Source: Candidatus Altiarchaeota archaeon (GTDB taxonomy: Archaea > Altiarchaeota > Altiarchaeia > IMC4 > SCGC-AAA252-I15). Taken from it: 64,000 nucleotides of DNA. The notes under the pieces are model-generated. The model had not been told where the DNA came from, made no database searches, and worked only from the letters and a program-made list of their open reading frames with translations. Location: assembly GCA_043800255.1 (NCBI GenBank), contig JAZDNF010000010.1:32001-96000 (forward strand), in the 5' to 3' direction. Shown piece by piece: positions 48,648-57,699 of this stretch (positions within the stretch are counted from its first letter, which is position 1; each line of letters begins with the position of its first letter). Both the position numbers and the translations under genes were made by a program.

Positions 48648-49537
48648 CAGGCACAAAAATCGTTAAGCTGAATTTGGACGGTGCAGCTGACAAACTTCCA
48701 AGTCTGAAGTCCGACCCTGTTGTGGAGGAGGCCCTAAGGTTATACGAGGCCAGCGTATTTGATGGCCATGTTTCAGTATACCGCAGAGAAATGGTTGATC
48801 ATGGTTCAAAGCTGGATGTAAGCCAGAAACAGTTGCAGCATATCGTAGACGTTTTGGAGGAGACACAGCCTGAAGGCGAATACCTCAGCAAGGGCGGAGT
48901 ATTCCTGACCGCTCTGATTCAGGCCTCAAGACAGGATGACTTCCAGCTTAGGACAAAAAGGAAACTGAACTTCGTAGGCTGCAGTCTTACGGAAGGGAAG
49001 AGGATAACAGTCTACGGGGACCTGGGGAATAACACTGGAATGCATATGGCCGGGGGAAAACTGCACATACTCGGCAGCGTAGGCAACGTTACAGGATACG
49101 GGATGGAAGACGGCGAAATAACTGTTGGTGGTAATGCCGCAGATGGCACAGGTGTCGGGATGAAGAAGGGAAAAATCAGAATAGAGGGTGATGTCGGAAA
49201 CGAGACTGGCGACCAGATGGGCGGCGGCGAGATAGAAGTCCTCGGCAAGGCGGGGGACAGAACAGGCGTCCGTATGACCGGCGGAAAAATAAGAGTAGAA
49301 AAGGATGCTGGAGACGAGACCGGCCGTTCGATGAGCTGGGGAGCAATCCATGTACGGGGAGACATCGGAGACGACACCGGATATGACATGACAGACGGGC
49401 TCATCAGGGTGGACGGGAACGCAGGAGAGCATACTGGGCAGATAAGCCGCGGGGGAACCGTCCAAGTCAGAGGCGAAATCAAAAGCAAGGCAGAGAACAG
49501 GATGTGCGCGATACAACAGGGAGACGAAATCAGATGA
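48644..49537 (+). CDS. Array paralog 57 (297 aa)
   Basis: Leader matches paralog 56 through DGAADKLP; GGVFLTALIQAS. Confidence 0.9.
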   Translation: MTGTKIVKLNLDGAADKLPSLKSDPVVEEALRLYEASVFDGHVSVYRREMVDHGSKLDVSQKQLQHIVDVLEETQPEGEYLSKGGVFLTALIQASRQDDFQLRTKRKLNFVGCSLTEGKRITVYGDLGNNTGMHMAGGKLHILGSVGNVTGYGMEDGEITVGGNAADGTGVGMKKGKIRIEGDVGNETGDQMGGGEIEVLGKAGDRTGVRMTGGKIRVEKDAGDETGRSMSWGAIHVRGDIGDDTGYDMTDGLIRVDGNAGEHTGQISRGGTVQVRGEIKSKAENRMCAIQQGDEIR

Positions 49538-50322
49538 CAGGTACGAAGGTCGTGAAGCTGAAGCTTGATGGGAATGCAGCTGGCAAGCTGCCTGAGCTGA
49601 GAGACAGGATTGATGAGAGCGTCTTCAGCAAGGCGTTTCAGCTTTTTGAGAGCACACCCTACCCGAACGAGTGGGAATACCATCGGAGTCTCATTGGCAG
49701 CGTATCAGACGCTGGTTTGGACACAGACAATGTCACGCTCCAGGCGGTGATTGACTCTCTGGAGAAGGATCATGCTGGCGAAAAGTTCGACGAGGAGGTT
49801 GAGGAGATGTTCGGTAACGTCGGATCCTACCATAACAAGGCTGGGCTGCTCTATACTGCCCTGATACAGGCTTCCAGCAGGAACGAATTCGAGATCACAT
49901 TGAGAAAGCGTGTCAACTTTCTGGGGCGCCTTTTAGACAGCAAAAAAGTTGTAGTGAACGGCGATGTAGGCCACAAGCTTGGGTCGAAGATGAAGGCTGG
50001 AGAGATTGTTGTGAACGGGAACGCCGGACTGTGGGTTGGCAGTGACATGGCTGGGGGAAAAATCCGCATTAGGGGGAATTCTGACAGTTTCGCAGGCAGC
50101 TGGGCGAAAGCCGGCGGGATCATAGTCGAAGGCGACGCTGGAACAGGGACTGGAGACGGTCTATGTGGGGGTAATGTCATCGTCATGGGAGACGCCAAAG
50201 GCCGCACCGGACACGACGCATCAAGCGGGGTCATAGACGTGAAAGGCAAAATCAATCGCCTGAGCAAAAAAGTCGGCCCCTCAGTGACAATACTCGAAGG
50301 CGGGAAACAAGTAAAAAAATGA
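49534..50322 (+). CDS. Array paralog 58 (262 aa)
   Basis: MTGTK at 49534; relative of paralog 3. Confidence 0.9.
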   Translation: MTGTKVVKLKLDGNAAGKLPELRDRIDESVFSKAFQLFESTPYPNEWEYHRSLIGSVSDAGLDTDNVTLQAVIDSLEKDHAGEKFDEEVEEMFGNVGSYHNKAGLLYTALIQASSRNEFEITLRKRVNFLGRLLDSKKVVVNGDVGHKLGSKMKAGEIVVNGNAGLWVGSDMAGGKIRIRGNSDSFAGSWAKAGGIIVEGDAGTGTGDGLCGGNVIVMGDAKGRTGHDASSGVIDVKGKINRLSKKVGPSVTILEGGKQVKK

Positions 50323-50879
50323 CAGGCACGAAGGTGGTGAAGCTGAAGCTGGAGGAAGGTGTTGGCGGCAAGCTTCCGAAGATCAGGGAGGATCCGGTGG
50401 AGGTTGCGCTTAAGTTGTTCGATGATACGAAGTACTTGGGTCCGGGACAATTCTACCACGATACTGTGAAGAACACGCGAGGGGTCAGCGTCAGCCCGGA
50501 ACAGCTTCGAGAGATCCTAAAACACCTTGAAGGAAGGTGGGATGCTGACTACAAATACTCTGCTAGGGTGGGGGCCTTCCTGACGGCGTTGATACGGAAC
50601 TCAGAGCATGAGAGTTTCAGGATAAAGCCCCAGCATAGGATACACACTCTTGGAGTGTACTTGGACAGGGAGAAGGAGATTACTGTGGAGGGGGACGTCG
50701 GCGACTGGCTCGGCGACAATATGAAAGCAGGCACGATAATAGTAAAGGGAGACGCTGGAGAATACGCTGGAGGCGACCAGCATGGCGGCGAAATAATTGT
50801 CGAAGGGTCGGCTGGGCCCTGCGCAGGATGGCGCTCAAGATACGGCAAACTGGACATACGGGAGGGCAAAGGCAAGTGA
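50319..50879 (+). CDS. Array paralog 59 (186 aa, 3 coils)
   Basis: Leader, VGAFLTALIRNS; shortest member that still has coils. Confidence 0.88.
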   Translation: MTGTKVVKLKLEEGVGGKLPKIREDPVEVALKLFDDTKYLGPGQFYHDTVKNTRGVSVSPEQLREILKHLEGRWDADYKYSARVGAFLTALIRNSEHESFRIKPQHRIHTLGVYLDREKEITVEGDVGDWLGDNMKAGTIIVKGDAGEYAGGDQHGGEIIVEGSAGPCAGWRSRYGKLDIREGKGK

Positions 50880-51556
50880 CAGGCACAAAGGTAATCAAGT
50901 TGAAGTTGGATGGGGACGGCGCAGCTGAGAAATTGCCGAGACTTAAAGAGGGCGTTGTCGAAAAGGCTGTTGAGATATACCGGCAGGGTGTGATGGGCAT
51001 AATGGAGGAAAGCCACTATACGCAGCTGCTTGAGAGCACGAAGGGATTGGATGCGACATCAGACGCGTTGCAGGAGATACTCGAAAAACTGGAGAAAAGA
51101 TTCGGAAACCAAAAATACTTCGAAACCACAGCCGGAATACTCCTGACAACCCTGATACAGAATTCCTCACACGACAAGTTCAGGATAAAACCCTCAATCC
51201 CGCTGAACTATCTGGGATACAATCTGAGCGGCGACAAGGAACTCACAGTGGACGGTTCAGTCGGGGAACTAACAGGACATCGCATGGGCGAGGGCATCAT
51301 AAGCATCATGGGGGATGCTGGAGATAACACCGGGAAGAACATGCGTTGGGGCACCATCAACGTGGTTGGAAACGCTGGTAACAATACTGGAGAGGAGATG
51401 ACAGCTGGAAACATAAATGTAAGGGGAAATTCTGGCGTGCGCACAGGACATGCAATGTTCGGCGGTCAGATAAGCGTCGGAGGAAAAATCAAGAGCATTG
51501 GAATACCCTACTTTGGGACCATAACGGAGGCCGGAGAGAAAGTGTTCTCCAAGTAG
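50876..51556 (+). CDS. Array paralog 60 (226 aa, GTG start)
   Basis: Start moved to the GTGA overlap at 50876; AGILLTTLIQNS. Confidence 0.9.
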   Translation: MTGTKVIKLKLDGDGAAEKLPRLKEGVVEKAVEIYRQGVMGIMEESHYTQLLESTKGLDATSDALQEILEKLEKRFGNQKYFETTAGILLTTLIQNSSHDKFRIKPSIPLNYLGYNLSGDKELTVDGSVGELTGHRMGEGIISIMGDAGDNTGKNMRWGTINVVGNAGNNTGEEMTAGNINVRGNSGVRTGHAMFGGQISVGGKIKSIGIPYFGTITEAGEKVFSK

Positions 51557-51603
51557 GATGGCGGACGAAATCATAGACTCGGAAGACGAGAGGCTTAGCC
51601 GAA

Positions 51604-52290
51604 ATGACAGGAACTAAAATCGTTAAGTTGAAGCTTGAGGAGGGCAGCGGGGAGAAACTTCCGGAGTTGAAGGAGAATGTTGTTGACGCTGCGCTCAGGG
51701 TCTGGCAGGAGACGCCGTATCAGGGCGTGTATGAGTATACCGAGAGGATACTCTCGAAGACGGAAGGATTGAATGTCAACTCCAAGCAATTGCAGGAGAT
51801 AATCTCCCGACTAGAGGAAGATTACTCAGACGGGCGCAAGTACGATGAGGAGGCTGGGCTATTTCTTACGGCGTTGATGCGGAACTCTGGCAATTTCAGG
51901 TTCAGGATAAAAACGGAAGTGCCTTTGAGTTATGTCGGATACCTGCTCGATGAGGATAAGACTATTACCGTAAACGGAAACGTCGGGGATAACCTTGGGG
52001 AGGAGATGGAAAACGGGAGGATAATAGTGAACGGTCATGCTAGAACCAAGGCCGGCGACGGAATGCGCGGAGGAAAGATAGAGATAAAGGGGAGCGCAGG
52101 CAATGCGGCAGCACACTGCATGAGAGGGGGAGAATTGCACGTCCAAGGTGGCACGGGGAAAGCGACAGCCCTTAACATGACCGGCGGAACTCTCAAAGTC
52201 AAAGGAAAGATAGAAGAGATAAGTGCCAACTACGACAAAGGGACCATCTACGAAGGGGAGACAAAAGTCCGCCCCAAACCTGGAAAATAG
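51604..52290 (+). CDS. Array paralog 61 (228 aa)
   Basis: Leader, AGLFLTALMRNS; 47-nt gap upstream. Confidence 0.9.
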   Translation: MTGTKIVKLKLEEGSGEKLPELKENVVDAALRVWQETPYQGVYEYTERILSKTEGLNVNSKQLQEIISRLEEDYSDGRKYDEEAGLFLTALMRNSGNFRFRIKTEVPLSYVGYLLDEDKTITVNGNVGDNLGEEMENGRIIVNGHARTKAGDGMRGGKIEIKGSAGNAAAHCMRGGELHVQGGTGKATALNMTGGTLKVKGKIEEISANYDKGTIYEGETKVRPKPGK

Positions 52291-52293
52291 GCC

Positions 52294-52330
52294 CTATTTC
52301 TGTCTGAAATCCCGGATATATACTCGAGAA
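52294..52330 (+). promoter_or_regulatory. Repeated intergenic promoter-like element, copy D
   Basis: CTATTTCTGTCTG-N10-TATATA-N8-ATG; same TGTCTG-to-TATATA spacing as copy A. Confidence 0.5.
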
Positions 52331-53071
52331 ATGACTGGCACGAAGGTAATCAAGCTGAAGCTTGAGGAGGGTAGCGGGGAAAAGCTCCCAGCGTTGAAGG
52401 ATCCTGTCGTTGAGGGTGCCGCTGCATTGTATCGGAGTATGGAAATGTTCCCGAAATACGACTACGGTGACCAGCCGGAAGAGCGCTACCAGGAGCTTCT
52501 GGGAATGTCCGTCGGCTTGAATGTGACTCCTGTCCAGGTTCAGAGGATAATAGAGAGACTGGAGCAGGATCATTCCGAGGAGGAGTACTACGCTGACAAG
52601 GCCGGCCTCCTGCTGACGGCGTTGGTCCAGGGCTCAAAATCGAACGAATTCGAATTCACGGCAAAGAAGAAACTGAACTATCTTGGGTTCATGCTGGAGG
52701 AGGGCAAGACTGTGAAGGTTAACGGCGACCTGGGGGAAAGAATCGGCCGGAAGATGAGAGGCGGCAGCATTGACGTCTCAGGCTCTGTCGGTGATGAGGC
52801 AGGGTGGGAGATGCGCGGAGGGGAAATAACCATCGGAAAGGATGCAGGAGACTGGACCGGATTCGAAATGCATGACGGAAGAATACACGTGAAAGGCAAC
52901 ACCGACGGCTACGCGGGCTCTGGAATGTATGACGGAGAAATACAGGTCGACGGAAACGCAGGCCGCAAGACAGCAGAAGGCAAGCGAGGGGGAGTCCTCG
53001 ACATCAAAGGAGATGTCGCGAGCTGGGGGGACAAGATTGGTAGGGAAATCAGCCCAGGAATTTTCGATTAA
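52331..53071 (+). CDS. Array paralog 62 (246 aa)
   Basis: Start moved from 52223 to MTGTK at 52331; AGLLLTALVQGS. Confidence 0.88.
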   Translation: MTGTKVIKLKLEEGSGEKLPALKDPVVEGAAALYRSMEMFPKYDYGDQPEERYQELLGMSVGLNVTPVQVQRIIERLEQDHSEEEYYADKAGLLLTALVQGSKSNEFEFTAKKKLNYLGFMLEEGKTVKVNGDLGERIGRKMRGGSIDVSGSVGDEAGWEMRGGEITIGKDAGDWTGFEMHDGRIHVKGNTDGYAGSGMYDGEIQVDGNAGRKTAEGKRGGVLDIKGDVASWGDKIGREISPGIFD

Positions 53072-53076
53072 GAAGA

Positions 53077-53874
53077 ATGACAGGAACTAAGATTATCAAA
53101 CTCAAGTTGGAAGAAGGCGGCGCGGAGAGGCTACCGAAGCTGTTAGGCGACAGAGTGCATGATGCGCTCAGGATTTATGACAAGAACTGGGGTCAGGTGA
53201 TAGCGGTTGATGAGTGGTACCGGAACATGCTAGCGGACAGCGAGAGCCTGGACATGAGGTCTGATGAACTCCAGAGCCTGCAGGCTGAGCTTGAGAAGAA
53301 ATCCGGCAGGTTGTCGGGCGACCAACTGCGCTGGCATAACATGCAATCCGGGATACTGCTGAGCGCCCTGATGCAGAATTCGAGCGAAACCGAGTTCACG
53401 CTCAAGACCAATAAACCGTGGCTTCACCTGGGTTTCGGCCTGAAGGACGGTAAGAAGGTTACCGTGATAGGCTCGCTCGGTACCTTCGCCGGGAACCAGC
53501 TGGCAGGAGGCGCCCTGCACGTCAGAGGGAACACTGGCAGCAATACCGGCGAGAGGATGAAGGCAGGCTCGATAAAGATAGAGGGGAACACAAAAGATTA
53601 CCTTGGCAGCGGGATGGAAGGCGGAACGATTGAGGTAAGCGGGAACGCAGGCAAGAGGGTGGGTTCCAGCCTGAAGGACGGCAAAATAGAAGTTGTCGGC
53701 GACGTGGGCGACGAAGCGGCATACTGGACTCACGGCGGCACAATACACGTAAAGGGGAACGCAGGCAAGAACACCGGGTGGAACAACCACTCCAAACTGA
53801 TTGTTGACGGAAAAATCGAGGGATTCGCGTCAAACGCCAAAGACATCTGGAAAGGCACACGGAAGATCAGGTAA
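53077..53874 (+). CDS. Array paralog 63 (265 aa)
   Basis: Leader, SGILLSALMQNS; 5-nt gap upstream. Confidence 0.9.
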   Translation: MTGTKIIKLKLEEGGAERLPKLLGDRVHDALRIYDKNWGQVIAVDEWYRNMLADSESLDMRSDELQSLQAELEKKSGRLSGDQLRWHNMQSGILLSALMQNSSETEFTLKTNKPWLHLGFGLKDGKKVTVIGSLGTFAGNQLAGGALHVRGNTGSNTGERMKAGSIKIEGNTKDYLGSGMEGGTIEVSGNAGKRVGSSLKDGKIEVVGDVGDEAAYWTHGGTIHVKGNAGKNTGWNNHSKLIVDGKIEGFASNAKDIWKGTRKIR

Positions 53875-53878
53875 CGGC

Positions 53879-53936
53879 GGAAATAGGCTGATTTCCCGCG
53901 TTTTTCTCTTTCAACGTCGCGGTATATAACCGGGAA
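53879..53936 (+). promoter_or_regulatory. Short hairpin/T tract plus degenerate promoter-like element, copy E
   Basis: GGAAAT-N6-ATTTCC, then TTTTTCTC ... TATATA-N8-ATG; lacks the GTCTG core. Confidence 0.4.
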
Positions 53937-54545
53937 ATGTCTGAGACGAAGATTGTCAAGCTGAAGCTGGAGGATTTGGGGGCAGGGGAGAAATTGCCTG
54001 ATTTAAGGCAGAATCCTGTGGAAACAGCTTTGAGAATCTATGAGAAGACTGAGATTCCGCCAGTTTCGAGACCTGATGAACGACAGTTGATCGAGGCTAA
54101 CAGGTACCATGCGGCTTTCATCGAGCAGACCCGTGATTTGGACACCACGCCAGAGCATTTGAGGGAGCTTCTGAGGAAACTTGAGGCGCAGCATGGTGAT
54201 GATGAGCATTTCAGGCACAAGGCGGCAGTACTGTTGACGGTGTTAATGCAACATTCCAGTGCAGAGAAATTCGAGATAAAACCTAAAAAGAGGCTGGATT
54301 TTTTCGGGCTCATGTTGAACGCTGACAAGGAGATAACCGTTGACGGTAATGTCGGCAACAATCTGGGTCATGCGATGAACGATGGGAAAATAATCGTGAA
54401 GGGTAACGCGTTGAAGGGAACCGGCTCTTCAAAAAAAGGGGGATACATCCTGGTTGAAGGGGACACTGGAGAGGACACAGGCGAAGACGAAAGAGGGGGA
54501 AATATCAAAGTGATTGGGCGTAGGGATAATCCGTATCTAAAATAA
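53937..54545 (+). CDS. Array paralog 64 (202 aa)
   Basis: MSETKIVKLKL leader, AAVLLTVLMQHS. Confidence 0.9.
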   Translation: MSETKIVKLKLEDLGAGEKLPDLRQNPVETALRIYEKTEIPPVSRPDERQLIEANRYHAAFIEQTRDLDTTPEHLRELLRKLEAQHGDDEHFRHKAAVLLTVLMQHSSAEKFEIKPKKRLDFFGLMLNADKEITVDGNVGNNLGHAMNDGKIIVKGNALKGTGSSKKGGYILVEGDTGEDTGEDERGGNIKVIGRRDNPYLK

Positions 54546-54558
54546 GTTAGGTAGTAGG

Positions 54559-55362
54559 ATGACGGACACAAAAGTTATAAAACTCAAACTCGAAGGGGAT
54601 TCAAGTGAACGATTGCCCAATCTCATGGGAGACACCACCACCCTCCGGGCGTTGAATATATTCTCCCAGTCTGACAGAGAAGAAGAACCGCTTGCAGCAT
54701 ACAACAAATACCAAGAGCAGACCAAAGACCTTAATGTCAGCTCCCGGCAGCTGAACGAGATAATCAAAAGCCTGGAGGAAACTTTCCCCCCCAATGAGGA
54801 CATCCGAAACACGCGCTACTTCGGGCTGTTAACCTCTGCTTTGATAAACAACTCAAAGGAGAAGAAGTTCAGAATAAAATCCCGATTCCCGATGGACTTC
54901 GTAGGGTACAAGCTGGACGGCGGGAAGGAGCTGACAGTCGACTGCGAAGTCGGCGACGGCACAGGCATGTACATGAAAAGCGGGAAAATACTGGTCAATG
55001 GCCACGCGATGGACGACACCGGCGCGCTGATGGAAGGCGGCTACATCGAAATCAGGCAGGGAGCTCTGAGCGACGTGGGGAACGGCATGAAGGGCGGAAA
55101 AATCAAGGTCATAGGAGACGCGTACGTGGGAGCTGGCAGGGAGATGGAAGGCGGTGAAATAATAGTCGAAGGAAACGCCGACTCCCACACCGCGTGGAGG
55201 ATGAGGAAAGGGCACATAGTAATCACAGGGAATGTAACTGATTTCACAGGCGAGCGCATGCGCGGAGGCCTGCTCGAAGTCGATGGGAGCATACAAGCCC
55301 TCGGCGACGTGAAAGGCGGGGAAATCCGCAGAAAAGGGGAAACGTACTGGAAAAAAGAATGA
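54559..55362 (+). CDS. Array paralog 65 (267 aa)
   Basis: MTDTKVIKLKL leader, FGLLTSALINNS. Confidence 0.9.
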   Translation: MTDTKVIKLKLEGDSSERLPNLMGDTTTLRALNIFSQSDREEEPLAAYNKYQEQTKDLNVSSRQLNEIIKSLEETFPPNEDIRNTRYFGLLTSALINNSKEKKFRIKSRFPMDFVGYKLDGGKELTVDCEVGDGTGMYMKSGKILVNGHAMDDTGALMEGGYIEIRQGALSDVGNGMKGGKIKVIGDAYVGAGREMEGGEIIVEGNADSHTAWRMRKGHIVITGNVTDFTGERMRGGLLEVDGSIQALGDVKGGEIRRKGETYWKKE

Positions 55363-56096
55363 GTGGCACAAAGATCGTTAAACTAAAGTTGGAAGGCGAT
55401 GGTACAGGTCAGAAGTTGCCTGACCTTCGACAGAATCCAATGGAGAAGGCGCTGTCAGCATACGAGCTGATAGAAGAGCAACTGGATATTAACGGAGACT
55501 TTCGGCATGTTTCAGAACTCTTAGGGGACGTGGACGTGAAACCATCCCAACTCCAGCAGATAATCACCAAACTCGAGGAGAAACATGCGCTTGAGGATCG
55601 TTATCCGTCCAAGGCCGGTCTAATAGTGAACACACTAATACGGAAATCAACCAGCACTGTATTCAAATTCAAAAACACGCAGACATTAAATCTTATCGGG
55701 TTCGAGCTTGAAGGCGATAAGAAAGTCACAATGGAAGGCAATGCTGGGCCACTGTCTGGCGCCCACATGAAAGACGGTGAATTACATGTTAAAGGAAACG
55801 TGGGGCAGGCTGCAGGACACCAGCTTGAAGGCGGCATGATAATAATCGACGGCAACGCTGACAGAGACATCGGCTGGGACATGATGGGTGGAGTAATCCA
55901 TGTGAAAAAGAACGCGCAGAAGTGCGCGGGCAGGGAAATGAAAGCCGGGCTTTTGATTGTTGATGGGAATACAGGAGAACACACTGGAAGTGGGATGACT
56001 GGAGGCAGAATCGAGGTCGGCGGCACAATCGAGGCAATAGGTAGTGACGCTAAAGGCGAAATCTACAACAAGGGTGAGAAGGTGTGGCCCAAATGA
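55359..56096 (+). CDS. Array paralog 66 (245 aa)
   Basis: MSGTK leader, AGLIVNTLIRKS. Confidence 0.9.
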   Translation: MSGTKIVKLKLEGDGTGQKLPDLRQNPMEKALSAYELIEEQLDINGDFRHVSELLGDVDVKPSQLQQIITKLEEKHALEDRYPSKAGLIVNTLIRKSTSTVFKFKNTQTLNLIGFELEGDKKVTMEGNAGPLSGAHMKDGELHVKGNVGQAAGHQLEGGMIIIDGNADRDIGWDMMGGVIHVKKNAQKCAGREMKAGLLIVDGNTGEHTGSGMTGGRIEVGGTIEAIGSDAKGEIYNKGEKVWPK

Positions 56097-56884
56097 CAGG
56101 CACAAAAGTAATCAAGCTGAAACTGGATGAGAGTGCCGACAAGTTGCCGAAATTGAGGGAAAAGTCTGATGATAGGGCGCTCAAGTTATTCGATGAAGTG
56201 AAATATCACGGAAATCCTTCTGAATTTTATGACAAGATTTTCGGATTGTCGGAGGGTTGGGACGTTGACTCGCAGAGACTTCAGCAGATATATGACAGCC
56301 TATCCCACGCATACGGTGGGGAATTAGACACCGAGAAGGCCGGATTATTCCTCTCCGCGCTGATGCAGACATCCAGCTGCAACACACTCACGTTAGAGGT
56401 TTATCATCCCCTCGACCGGTTGTGCGGGAATCTGTTCGGAGAAAAGGATATTAGGCTGGTGGGTAACGTCGGTGAGCGTCTAGCGGAGTATATGACTAGT
56501 GGAAAAATCACAGTCGAAGGCGATGCTGGAAGCAGCCCAGGGCTAAGTATGATAGGCGGTAAGTTGCACATCAAAGGGGATGCTGGTGAGATGGCAGGCA
56601 ACAAGTTGGGCAGTTGGTGGCACCCCGTTGTCATAAACGGTAAAAAGATCGACATGGAATACCCTCAACCGCCGGTGATTATGGTCGACGGTGACACAGG
56701 AGACAAAACAGGGTTCATGATGTACAGGGGCTTAGTACATGTGAAGGGTAACGCGGGCGCAGAAACAGGCGCGCTGATGAAAGGTGGCATCATAACGGTT
56801 GCTGGTAGAATCAAAAGCATAAGTCCCTCCTTTGAGAAGGATGAAATCTGGGAAGCTGGCGTGAAGAGGAGGCCGATAGGATGA
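56093..56884 (+). CDS. Array paralog 67 (263 aa), loop insertion in the beta-helix
   Basis: MTGTK at 56093; insertion SWWHPVVINGKKIDMEYPQPP. Confidence 0.9.
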   Translation: MTGTKVIKLKLDESADKLPKLREKSDDRALKLFDEVKYHGNPSEFYDKIFGLSEGWDVDSQRLQQIYDSLSHAYGGELDTEKAGLFLSALMQTSSCNTLTLEVYHPLDRLCGNLFGEKDIRLVGNVGERLAEYMTSGKITVEGDAGSSPGLSMIGGKLHIKGDAGEMAGNKLGSWWHPVVINGKKIDMEYPQPPVIMVDGDTGDKTGFMMYRGLVHVKGNAGAETGALMKGGIITVAGRIKSISPSFEKDEIWEAGVKRRPIG

Positions 56885-57699
56885 CGGCGACGAAAATCGT
56901 GAAATTCAGGCTTGACGGTGAAGGCAGCAGGGAGAAGCTGCCGAAGCTTAAGGAGTCTGTTGTCGAGCAGGCTGTTGCAATATATGAGGAGCCGTGTTTC
57001 ACAGGGCCCAACTACTATGATATGATATGCGAGAAAATACAGGGCCTGGATGTGACGCCATCCCAGCTCAAGGAGATAGCAGAGACTCTGGAGAAAAAAC
57101 ACGCAGCAGACGAATACTATCCGGATCTGAAACTTAATAAAAGCAAAGATTATGATGTCACGGCAGGGTATTTTCTCACCGCGTTGGTGAACCATTCCAG
57201 TGAGACCACGTTCGAATTCAAAACACGCTGTGGATTGTACGGTGTGGGCTGGAAGCTCAAGGCTGGGAAGGAGCTCACAGTCACCGGTGATCTGGGAAAC
57301 CACGTTGCGAATGAGATGGAAGGAGGGAAGCTTCACGTCAGGGGAAGCGTCAGAGACCTGCTGGGTAACAAGATGACGGGTGGCGAGATTATCGTGGAGA
57401 AAAATGCTGGAAACTATGCAGGACAGTGCATGGGCGGCGGGAGCATCCACATCAAAGGCAGAGCATGGGAGCAGACCGGACAGGACATGAGCGACGGGAA
57501 AATCACAGTAGACGGGGATGTAGGCAGCTGGCTTGGAGCTAAAATGACGGGAGGATACATCCGCGTCAAAGGAAACGCCGGAGAGGACACCGGCATATGG
57601 ATGGAAAGCGGCGAAATCGAGGTCGACGGCAAAATAGCAGAATTAAGCGACAAGTACTTCGGCGGAAAAATCTGGGGCGGAGGACTGCAAAGAAGATGA
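56881..57699 (+). CDS. Array paralog 68 (272 aa)
   Basis: MTATKIVKFRL leader, AGYFLTALVNHS. Confidence 0.9.
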   Translation: MTATKIVKFRLDGEGSREKLPKLKESVVEQAVAIYEEPCFTGPNYYDMICEKIQGLDVTPSQLKEIAETLEKKHAADEYYPDLKLNKSKDYDVTAGYFLTALVNHSSETTFEFKTRCGLYGVGWKLKAGKELTVTGDLGNHVANEMEGGKLHVRGSVRDLLGNKMTGGEIIVEKNAGNYAGQCMGGGSIHIKGRAWEQTGQDMSDGKITVDGDVGSWLGAKMTGGYIRVKGNAGEDTGIWMESGEIEVDGKIAELSDKYFGGKIWGGGLQRR

